In this document: positions 27,020 through 36,005 of the stretch, in pieces
How positions within the stretch are numbered: the stretch's first letter is position 1
Layout: each line of letters starts with the position of its first letter
Assembly (NCBI GenBank): GCA_964401915.1
Contig: CAYOAI010000001.1
Span: forward strand, 4,987 to 68,986
From: an uncultured Gammaproteobacteria bacterium
GTDB taxonomy: Bacteria; Patescibacteriota; Microgenomatia; UBA1406; GWC2-37-13
DNA: 64,000 nt
Direction of reading: 5' to 3'
The notes under the pieces: model-generated
Databases searched by the model: none
Told to the model about the DNA's origin: nothing
The model's input: only the letters and a program-made list of their open reading frames with translations
Position numbers and translations under genes: made by a program

Positions 27020-28224
27020 TGATAACCCTTTCCCCAGATCAGAGGCGAACACTTGATGCTATTCTTGCGTGGTACAAACAGAACTCCATCAAAGACACAA
27101 AAGTCGAAGGCAATACATCAGCTAATCAGCCCTTCATCACCCTTGGGGGATACGCAGGTACTGGCAAAACTACACTTATTATCATCATCAGGCAGCAGCT
27201 TGCCACACTCAATAAAGATCTTAAAGTCGGGTTTGCCAGCTACACCGGTAAAGCCGCACGAGTGCTTCGGATCAAGCTATCTGAGCAAAAGGTAATCCTA
27301 CCGCAAGACACTGTCGGCACAATCCACTCGCTGATTTATTCGCCAATTGTCAATGATAGGGAGGAGATCATTGGCTGGAAAAAGAAGGATAAGATCGATC
27401 GGGCACTTATCATCATCGATGAAGCCTCGATGGTCGATGAGTCGATCTGGCAACATTTACTCTCATACAATGTGCCCATTGTAGTCGTTGGAGATCATGG
27501 GCAGCTACCTCCAATAAGTGGCAACTTTAATCTTATGCAAACGCCTCAGTTGCAGCTTGAGCAGATCCATAGACAAGCTGAGGAAAATCCTATTATCGGC
27601 TTGTCAATTCAAGCACGTGAACGCGGACTGATTCGTACAGGTGTGTACTCAGACACAGTACGAAAATATAATCTCAATGATCCTGAGTCAGGGGAGATTG
27701 TGGAGGAGCTTTTGGCTACTTGCGACGACGACACACTTGTGCTTTGTGGTTACAACACGACTCGTGTACGACTCAATAATCATATTCGTACCATCCGAGG
27801 ATTTGAGTCGCCAGATCCGACGCCTGGAGATCGAGTGATCTGCCTGCGCAACAACCACAGAAAAAATATTTTCAATGGTATGCTTGGGACAATTCAGACT
27901 ATTGAAGATGCCGACGAAGACTGGTATATGGCGACAATCGCCCTTGATGATGAGAATGGTATATATAAAGGTCTTATATCCAGATCTCAATTTGGCGAGA
28001 AAGAATCGCTCAACTTTACCAACCGTCGGTCTGCGATCATGCGGGGAGATTTATTTAATTTTGGCTATGCACTGACAGTCCATAAGGCGCAGGGGAGCCA
28101 GGCGAAGCGCGTGATACTATTTGAGGAGCGGTTCGGCAAGATGTCCGATGAGCAGTGGCGAAGATGGCTGTATACGGCCGTTACTCGCGCTGCGGAAGAG
28201 CTGTACATCTTCGCGCGGGAGTAA
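27019..28224 (+). CDS. SF1B DNA helicase, Dda/RecD2-like (AAA_30 + UvrD_C_2 architecture)
   Basis: Walker A GGYAGTGKTT, motif II IIIDEASMVD, motif III VVVGDHGQLPPI and motif VI YALTVHKAQGSQAKRVILF. About 400 aa. The start overlaps the upstream stop (TAATG). Confidence 0.8.
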   Translation: MITLSPDQRRTLDAILAWYKQNSIKDTKVEGNTSANQPFITLGGYAGTGKTTLIIIIRQQLATLNKDLKVGFASYTGKAARVLRIKLSEQKVILPQDTVGTIHSLIYSPIVNDREEIIGWKKKDKIDRALIIIDEASMVDESIWQHLLSYNVPIVVVGDHGQLPPISGNFNLMQTPQLQLEQIHRQAEENPIIGLSIQARERGLIRTGVYSDTVRKYNLNDPESGEIVEELLATCDDDTLVLCGYNTTRVRLNNHIRTIRGFESPDPTPGDRVICLRNNHRKNIFNGMLGTIQTIEDADEDWYMATIALDDENGIYKGLISRSQFGEKESLNFTNRRSAIMRGDLFNFGYALTVHKAQGSQAKRVILFEERFGKMSDEQWRRWLYTAVTRAAEELYIFARE

Positions 28225-28301
28225 CACATAAAGAAATCAAATTTCGCGCAGAATATAAATTTGGATTTGACATGCTTCGCTAAATTAAAACACTCCTGAA
28301 G

Positions 28302-29354
28302 TTATGAAGCGATGAAGTCGCGAAGGTTCTCAGCCGTGATTTTGAAGCTTTGGTTCTGGCCGCTTTGCACGATCTTATATGCGGCTTTGCGCACCATTCC
28401 CTCCACAGCCCGCTCCAGTGAACGAACTCCAGAGTCAAACCCCAAGGGGCGCACAATCTGTGGCCACACTGTATCGTCGATAATCAGGTGTTGTGGGGTA
28501 AGGCCTGCATCTTTCAAGTATTGCGGGACCAGGAAGTTCTTGCCTATTGTGATTTTTTCATCATCGTTGTAGGACGGCATCTGAATAATCTCAAGTCGGT
28601 CGAGCACGGCAGTTGATATGTTGTTGGTATTGTTGGCTGTTGCGATGAATAGGACTTGAGATAGATCAAAAGGATAATCGACAAAGTAGTCTGTGAAGTT
28701 CATATTCTGTTTGGGATCAAGAATCTCAAGCAAGACTCCCATGATCGAAGCTCTCGATTCTGGTGTAATTCGGTCGAGCTCATCCAGTAGGATGATTGGA
28801 TTTCTGGATCCAGCACGTCTGAGTGCCTTGATGATCATGCCCGGCTCGGCCTCTGGAGTCGTCTTGGACTGGCCTCGAAGGTCGAGTGCAGATGATAAGC
28901 CTCCAAAAGGAATTCGGACATATTTGCGGTTGAGAGCTTCGGCAATAGACTTGACGATCGAGGTCTTACCTGTACCGGCAAGTCCGACAAAAAAGAGTGA
29001 GGGAGCGTGAAAAGACTCAGCCTTGAGATTCTGCTTTTGCAGGATAAGGATGGATAGGTACTCGAGAATCCTTCTTTTGATCTTATCAAGGCCAAAGTGA
29101 GTAGCATCCAGTATTTCTTTTGCGTGATTCACGTCGAGGGAGTCTTCAGTACGAGTTTCCCAGGGAAGCCCAGTGATCCAGTCAATATACTTCTCGACTA
29201 TATCCAGCTGAGCAAGGTTGCCTCCGAACTTGAGAGTAAGATTGATCCGATCAACCTGCTCAAGTGCTCGTTCTTTGAGGTTAGCAGGCAAGGTAGCCGA
29301 CTGCAACTTTTGCCTTAGTTTATCTATTTCTGACAGGCTTTTTTGGTCATCCAT
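28302..29354 (-). CDS. Lon-derived AAA+ ATPase without LON N-domain and without S16 protease domain
   Basis: Collinear with the LonA central module: YIDWITGLPW, HFGLDKIKRRILEYL, Walker A GLAGTGKTS, Walker B ILLDELDR, LLEILDPKQN, FIATANN, LDRLEII and GVRSLER. It stops at ..ENLRDFIAS, where Lon would enter the protease domain. Confidence 0.75.
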   Translation of the reverse strand: MDDQKSLSEIDKLRQKLQSATLPANLKERALEQVDRINLTLKFGGNLAQLDIVEKYIDWITGLPWETRTEDSLDVNHAKEILDATHFGLDKIKRRILEYLSILILQKQNLKAESFHAPSLFFVGLAGTGKTSIVKSIAEALNRKYVRIPFGGLSSALDLRGQSKTTPEAEPGMIIKALRRAGSRNPIILLDELDRITPESRASIMGVLLEILDPKQNMNFTDYFVDYPFDLSQVLFIATANNTNNISTAVLDRLEIIQMPSYNDDEKITIGKNFLVPQYLKDAGLTPQHLIIDDTVWPQIVRPLGFDSGVRSLERAVEGMVRKAAYKIVQSGQNQSFKITAENLRDFIAS

Positions 29355-29358
29355 GGCG

Positions 29359-29385
29359 TTAGCAGACTGATTATGTACTTGACAA
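29359..29385. promoter_or_regulatory. Degenerate CIRCE-like element (TTAGCAGAC-N9-ACTTGACAA) between the lon-like gene and groES
   Basis: The left arm TTAGCA matches the CIRCE consensus TTAGCACTC-N9-GAGTGCTAA. The right arm matches it only partly and overlaps the groES -35. Confidence 0.35.
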
Positions 29386-29407
29386 AACTATTGAATTTTT
29401 ATATGAT
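29379..29407 (+). promoter_or_regulatory. groESL promoter (TTGACA-17-TATGAT)
   Basis: TTGACA at 29379-29384, a 17-nt spacer and TATGAT at 29402-29407. The leader to the groES ATG is 63 nt. Confidence 0.55.
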
Positions 29408-29470
29408 AAATACTCTTACTTATCAATTAGGTATTAATTTTCATTTTAAAAGTTTTATTACTAAATATCT

Positions 29471-29770
29471 ATGGCAAAAACTAAGACAGTAAAACCACTA
29501 TTCGACAATGTCCTCATCAAGCCACTTGAAGGCGAGACGCAAACTGCATCAGGCATTCTTCTTCCAGACTCAGCAAAAGAAAAACCTCAAGTAGGTGAGG
29601 TGATGGCTACAGGACCAGGTGCACGAGGTGAAGATGGCAAAGTTGTGCCTATGACGATCAAGGTTGGCCAGAATGTACTGTACAAGAAGTGGGGCGGAAA
29701 TGAAGTCAAGGTAAACGGACAGGACTGGCTTCTGGTTGAAGAGAAGGATATCATGGCAGTTGTTGAATAA
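29471..29770 (+). CDS. groES: Co-chaperonin GroES
   Basis: VKPLFDNVLIKPLEGETQTASGILLPDSAKEKPQVGEVMATGPG.. Confidence 0.95.
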   Translation: MAKTKTVKPLFDNVLIKPLEGETQTASGILLPDSAKEKPQVGEVMATGPGARGEDGKVVPMTIKVGQNVLYKKWGGNEVKVNGQDWLLVEEKDIMAVVE

Positions 29771-31453
<1,683 letters not shown>

Positions 31454-31473
31454 ACCAATCAATTGAAAATCAA

Positions 31474-31499
31474 GCCCCGCCTTTTGGCGGGGTTTTTTG
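31474..31499 (+). terminator. Rho-independent terminator after groEL
   Basis: CCCCGCC-tttt-GGCGGGG followed by TTTTTT. Confidence 0.85.
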
Positions 31500-31518
31500 T
31501 TACGACTCCTTGATTTGA

Positions 31519-31527
31519 TGATATAAT
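31519..31527 (+). promoter_or_regulatory. Extended -10 promoter (TGaTATAAT) for tRNA-Tyr
   Basis: TGATATAAT ends 16 nt upstream of the tRNA 5' end. Confidence 0.5.
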
Positions 31528-31543
31528 TAACACATTCAGTCAA

Positions 31544-31627
31544 CCAGGGATGGCGGAGTGGCCAATCGCATCAGACTGTAAATCTGACGGGCTTTGCCCT
31601 ACGGGGGTTCGAATCCCTCTCCCTGGA
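31544..31627 (+). tRNA. tRNA-Tyr (anticodon GUA), class II, with a C1:G72 pair
   Basis: Acceptor CCAGGGA/TCCCTGG. D stem GCGG/TCGC. Anticodon stem TCAGA/TCTGA with loop CTGTAAA. Variable arm GGGC-ttt-GCCC. T arm GGGGG-TTCGAAT-CCCTC. Discriminator A. Confidence 0.8.
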
Positions 31628-31689
31628 CAGACACGGTCAATAGAGTATGAGAGCCGATACTGTCAGTTGGATTTCTGGTAGAATTCTTT

Positions 31690-32781
31690 TTGATGACTGG
31701 CTTTTATCACAATAAGTGGATACATATTTTCTCACTCATCTTCTTGTACCTCTTGGTTATTTTTTTCTTCAAAAAAGAAGTAGTCCTCTATAAATTTGAT
31801 CAAAAACTCATTCATCGGTATTTTCTCTCACAGGATATTACTCATGAAGTTCCAGGAATACGACAATTTCTTTCAGATGGAGATATATATACTGCAACCG
31901 GCTATCTTTACGCAAAAGGCGCAGATCCAACAAGCTATAATTTTCAAGCTCCTCCCTTAATCAAGTATCTCTTTGGACTGTCCATACTTATTTTTGGAAG
32001 TCCCTATTATGTACAAATAATCTTTGGGGCAGTTCTTATAGCCATAGTCTATACATTGGGCGTCAAGATGTATAAGTCGTCCCTTGTACCACTTTTGGCA
32101 TGTATTTTTTTAATCATTGATCCTGTTTTTTTGGAGGTATCTTCAAATGCTTTATTAGATTTGGGTCAAGCGGTCTTTTTGTTGTTATATTTTTATCTTG
32201 TATTTTTTCACAAGAAAAGATACGCTTTGCAAGGCATCGTGCTTGGTCTTTTGTGTGCTTCCAAATTTTGGGCTGGTCCACTTTTTTTTGTACTTTTGTT
32301 AGCTGCATATAACATTTACAAAAAGAACTTTGATCTTAAAAAATTTACACTCCACCTAATTATTGCGGCTGTAATTTTTTCACTCACATATATAAAAACA
32401 TTTGTGAATAAAGGGTTTGAATTTAATATAGTTTTTTTCCAATTGAAGATCTTAAAATTCTTAGTTATTCATGATATTCGTTCTTTTCCTTTTGCTTCTT
32501 TATTTCTTTTTCTAACTGGATATTACCAAACATGGTGGGGAAGCAAATCCGTATCCCATGCTCAAATTTGGTCTATTTTCTGGCCGATTGGCTTGATGTT
32601 AAGCGCGAAAAGTATACTTGACGCTTTGATAAAGCGATTTGTAGATCTCAAGCTATTTGTCGGAATTATTCCAATAGCTTATATACTTTATCTTGGAGTA
32701 CAGGCGCCTTTTGCACGGTATTTTATCTTGATTCTTCCCTTTTTATATCTAAACTTATCGAAGAATCTCTTAAAGCGATGA
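31690..32781 (+). CDS. GT-C-like polytopic membrane protein (PMT_2/ArnT-like)
   Basis: TTG at 31690 and ATG at 31693. Contains DGDIYTATGYLYAKGADPTSYNFQAPPLIKYLFGLSILIFG after TM1 and about 10 TM segments. Confidence 0.5.
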   Translation: MMTGFYHNKWIHIFSLIFLYLLVIFFFKKEVVLYKFDQKLIHRYFLSQDITHEVPGIRQFLSDGDIYTATGYLYAKGADPTSYNFQAPPLIKYLFGLSILIFGSPYYVQIIFGAVLIAIVYTLGVKMYKSSLVPLLACIFLIIDPVFLEVSSNALLDLGQAVFLLLYFYLVFFHKKRYALQGIVLGLLCASKFWAGPLFFVLLLAAYNIYKKNFDLKKFTLHLIIAAVIFSLTYIKTFVNKGFEFNIVFFQLKILKFLVIHDIRSFPFASLFLFLTGYYQTWWGSKSVSHAQIWSIFWPIGLMLSAKSILDALIKRFVDLKLFVGIIPIAYILYLGVQAPFARYFILILPFLYLNLSKNLLKR

Positions 32782-34433
32782 AAAAGTCGACTCTTTTTGT
32801 CTTTATTCTAACTGCTATTTTTTTTATCTATTTTTCTTTGCCTTTTTTTCATCATGGATTCTTCCCAACAATGGATGATGTTCAGGTAGTCAGAATAGAC
32901 CAGACACTCATTGAATTAAAAAGCGGCCAATTCCCTGTACGATACATTGATAGTTTTGGAAATAGGGGAGGGTACATGCTTTTTAATTATTATTCACCCC
33001 TTCCATATTATATTGGATCCGGATATGAGCTTCTGGTTGAGCGACCGGTGAAAGCAACAAAAATGGTCTTTCTTACCGCCCTTCTCGTAGGTTCGCTGGG
33101 TATTTTTTTTCTTCTCAGAAGATATACAAATGCCATTACATCCTTTTTAAGCGTTTGCTTATTTCTTTCATCAGCGTATCTTGGATATGATATTTATCTT
33201 CGGGGAGCGTTGGCCGAGATATGGGGGGTGGTGTTTTTTCCATGGATTCTCTGGTCATTTCTTAGAGTAAAAGACAAGCCTACCATTGCCAATTGCATTA
33301 TTACAGGGATTTTTTACGCCTTAGTAATTTTGTCACATATTGCTATCGCTTTCTTTTTTTCCTTTTTCCTTTTTTTTATGATATGTATTCCGCCTTACAA
33401 AAAAAAGAATATTGTGAATCTGGGCATTTCGGTAGGAATAGGATTGCTTTTAAGTGCGTTCTTTTGGCTACCCCTCCTCATTGAGCAGAATTATATTGTC
33501 TATCAACATTCAGAATATGCCACTAAGCAATATCTTGTTGGTTTTTTGTCTTTTAATCAGCTTATTGGATTTCGGATAAACCCCACGCAATTACATGCAA
33601 CGTTGGGGTTGGGATTATTTTTACTTACAATCGCCAGTGGCATATTCTTACTTTTTAAGAAAAAAAATCCCCATAAACCAATTTTTATTTATTTTTTTAT
33701 TATATTTTTTTGTTCATTATTTTTTGTGCTTCCTATTACTAAGTTCATCTGGGACAAAGCTCAGCCGTTTCGCTATTTACAGTCACCATGGAGATTTCTG
33801 GCAATAAGTACGATTTATGCGATCTTCATATGCGGGATAGCTCTGTCTTTTATTAAAAGATGGTGGATTCAGACACTTATAGTAAGCGTGGTTGTAATCT
33901 ATACTTTAATTTTTCAAACGGGATATATGCGACCCTATGCCTATAATGATATACCCGAATATAAAGCTGAAGGGGTCTGTGGCACTACTACATGGAAAGA
34001 TGAATATTTGCCCAAATGGGTAAGTAGATGTTTACCAAAAGAAGTAAGCGGTAGCCCATCATATCCTATTTTTTCACACACTGCATCCAAAATTACCGAT
34101 GTATCTGTTGAAAAAAATGGACGTTTAATAACATTTGAGACAAGTGGGAAAGAAGGAGTGGTGACTATTGCTAAGTATTATTTTCCAAATTGGCATTTAT
34201 TTATCGATGAGAAAAAAACTCTCATATATCCCTCGACTCAATATGGGCTTATTACTTTTACGGTACCCCGAGGTAGCCATAAGATAAGGTTGGTTATGGG
34301 CAGTACTTTTGCTCAAACCTTGGGGAATGCTCTTTCTCTTTGTGGCTTATTGTTTACTCTATATATTTCTTTCCAGCAAAGGAAGAAAATTTTGAATCCT
34401 TTGAGATATTTAAGTTCTTTCTTTAGGAAGTAG
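32778..34433 (+). CDS. Large polytopic membrane protein, GT-C-like (paralog of 5824-7602)
   Basis: Shared blocks: TMDDVQVVRI, FPVRYIDSFGNRGGYMLFNYYSPLPYYI, RGALAEIWGVVFFPW, FFWLPLLIEQNY, LQSPWRFLAIST and YYFPNWHLFIDEKKTLI..PRGSHKIRLVMGST. Confidence 0.55.
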   Translation: MKKSTLFVFILTAIFFIYFSLPFFHHGFFPTMDDVQVVRIDQTLIELKSGQFPVRYIDSFGNRGGYMLFNYYSPLPYYIGSGYELLVERPVKATKMVFLTALLVGSLGIFFLLRRYTNAITSFLSVCLFLSSAYLGYDIYLRGALAEIWGVVFFPWILWSFLRVKDKPTIANCIITGIFYALVILSHIAIAFFFSFFLFFMICIPPYKKKNIVNLGISVGIGLLLSAFFWLPLLIEQNYIVYQHSEYATKQYLVGFLSFNQLIGFRINPTQLHATLGLGLFLLTIASGIFLLFKKKNPHKPIFIYFFIIFFCSLFFVLPITKFIWDKAQPFRYLQSPWRFLAISTIYAIFICGIALSFIKRWWIQTLIVSVVVIYTLIFQTGYMRPYAYNDIPEYKAEGVCGTTTWKDEYLPKWVSRCLPKEVSGSPSYPIFSHTASKITDVSVEKNGRLITFETSGKEGVVTIAKYYFPNWHLFIDEKKTLIYPSTQYGLITFTVPRGSHKIRLVMGSTFAQTLGNALSLCGLLFTLYISFQQRKKILNPLRYLSSFFRK

Positions 34434-34591
34434 TCAAGTCTATTGATATTCAAAATTTAGATAAGAAGTTCTAATGTTGTCCATCTTCATAGCCACTTCG
34501 GTACACTCCATATATTATCTTGTTGACGGGAAGGCCGGACGGATATATACTCAGGATAAGTTAAGAAAAAGAAGGGGGTGAATAAGAATTT

Positions 34592-34798
34592 ATGAAAGCA
34601 TTACATATTGGAGCATTTTTGCTTACAGTTGTTGGAGCATTGAATTGGGGATTAGTTGGTGCATTCAACACCAATCTAGTAGAAAAACTTTTGGGAGCAG
34701 GATCAACAGCTGAGCGCGTAGTCTATATACTTGTTGGAGTATCAGCGCTCATTCTCGTTGTTAATCACAAAAAAGAGTGCACAGTCTGTGGAAAGTAA
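34592..34798 (+). CDS. DUF378 family small membrane protein
   Basis: IGAFLLTVVGALNWGLVGAFNTNLVEKLLG..VVYILVGVSAL. One of the few genes here with a clear SD (GAAGGGGGTG) upstream. Confidence 0.7.
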   Translation: MKALHIGAFLLTVVGALNWGLVGAFNTNLVEKLLGAGSTAERVVYILVGVSALILVVNHKKECTVCGK

Positions 34799-34895
34799 AA
34801 GCGGACTATAGAAATCCTCCCTCACAAACTTTTTAGAAGTGATGATTTTTATTTGGAAATTAATACTTTTCACAAGCTTTCTTCACCATTGATTC

Positions 34896-35993
34896 GTGTA
34901 TGTATTTTCTGCTATTATGAATCTTATGACGCTGACTGAAGTATCTTACTACGCTCGCAAGTATATGCCTTTTGCAATACTTTCAGTTCTTGTAGTTCTC
35001 ATTCTTTATTATAGTGTGAAGCTGACTTTTATTTATATTGAAGCTCAAAAGCCTGTCGTGCTACCTCTGGACACATCGCTTGGCAAGATTATAGTTCCCC
35101 AGATATCAAAGTCGTCAAGCAGTGCCAATCTTAAGTTCAAGCTTGATACAGTAGAAGGTGAACCGGTGATTGCAACTGAGGCAGCTAAAGTATTTTTTAT
35201 CCCAAAAAGCGTCCCGCGATTTGGCTATCTTGAAAAAATAGCGCTTGTGGCAAAGACACTTGGCTTTGAGATCTCAAATATCACTCGTCAACAGGAGGGG
35301 AATACTTTTAGCTTTCAGGGAGATAATCAAAGTCTTAGCATAGATAATGCCACTTTCAACTTCACCTACGATTATGATTTTCAAAAAGATCAAAGCGTAT
35401 TCACAGATGTGGTGACTCCACAAAAGTCAGATGCGGAGCGAGTCGCCACTGACTTCTTAAAGAATATTGGACGATATCCTGATGAGTTGGCACAGGGAAA
35501 GACAAATATAATCTTTATGAAATATGATCCAGTCGAAAACAAAGTCACTCCTCTTCAAAATAGGACAGATGCAAATCTTGTGGAGGTTGATTTTTATCGC
35601 CCGGACATAGAAGGAGTGCCGGTCGTGACCCCTGGCTATTTTAATAGTCAGAATTATGTCATGATGGTATTTTATGGAGACAACGTAGAGAAGCCTCCAA
35701 AGATACTGCGTGCTCAGATCAAATTCTTTGATAAATCAAATGATCAGGTTGGATTTTACCCACTAAAAAGTGGCAAACAGGCCTATGAGGAGTTGGCGAC
35801 CGGTAGTCCAAGTGCGCAGGTTGTTTCAAACAAAAGCACATCTGGCAAAATAACCATCAAAAAATTGTTCTTGGGGTATTTTGATCCGGAGATATACCAA
35901 GAATTTTTGCAGCCAGTATTTGTCTTTGTTGGGAGTGATGATTTTGTTGGATATGTTCCAGCTATCTCTTCTGAGTACGCAGTTCAGCCATAA
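34896..35993 (+). CDS. Hypothetical membrane-anchored extracytoplasmic protein
   Basis: One N-terminal TM helix and then a roughly 320 aa hydrophilic domain with no motif I recognise. GTG start in the track. An internal ATG (MNLMTL..) is also possible. Confidence 0.4.
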   Translation: MYVFSAIMNLMTLTEVSYYARKYMPFAILSVLVVLILYYSVKLTFIYIEAQKPVVLPLDTSLGKIIVPQISKSSSSANLKFKLDTVEGEPVIATEAAKVFFIPKSVPRFGYLEKIALVAKTLGFEISNITRQQEGNTFSFQGDNQSLSIDNATFNFTYDYDFQKDQSVFTDVVTPQKSDAERVATDFLKNIGRYPDELAQGKTNIIFMKYDPVENKVTPLQNRTDANLVEVDFYRPDIEGVPVVTPGYFNSQNYVMMVFYGDNVEKPPKILRAQIKFFDKSNDQVGFYPLKSGKQAYEELATGSPSAQVVSNKSTSGKITIKKLFLGYFDPEIYQEFLQPVFVFVGSDDFVGYVPAISSEYAVQP

Positions 35994-36005
35994 TAAAGTG
36001 GGTTA

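Noticed and set aside
26363-29354. Calling the tRNA-Cys to lon-like interval a prophage or integrative element.
   Set aside because: There is no integrase, recombinase, capsid, terminase or transposase ORF in the window. Spot G+C here (29/60) equals that of the core genes. Only the tRNA-fragment repeat and the gene types are suggestive, so it is reported as a candidate module rather than a mobile element.
31474-31499. The shared CCCCGCC/GGCGGGG stem in the groEL terminator and the dnaK-dnaJ hairpin, considered as a repeat family (REP/MITE-like).
   Set aside because: There are only two copies, with 7 nt of identity. The loops and flanks differ. Convergent GC-rich stems are expected for terminator hairpins in an AT-rich genome.
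34434-34591. A possible riboswitch or leader RNA in the 158-nt region upstream of the DUF378 gene.
   Set aside because: The region contains a plausible promoter (TTGACG-17-TATACT), leaving a leader of only about 40 nt with an SD and no conserved-looking structure.
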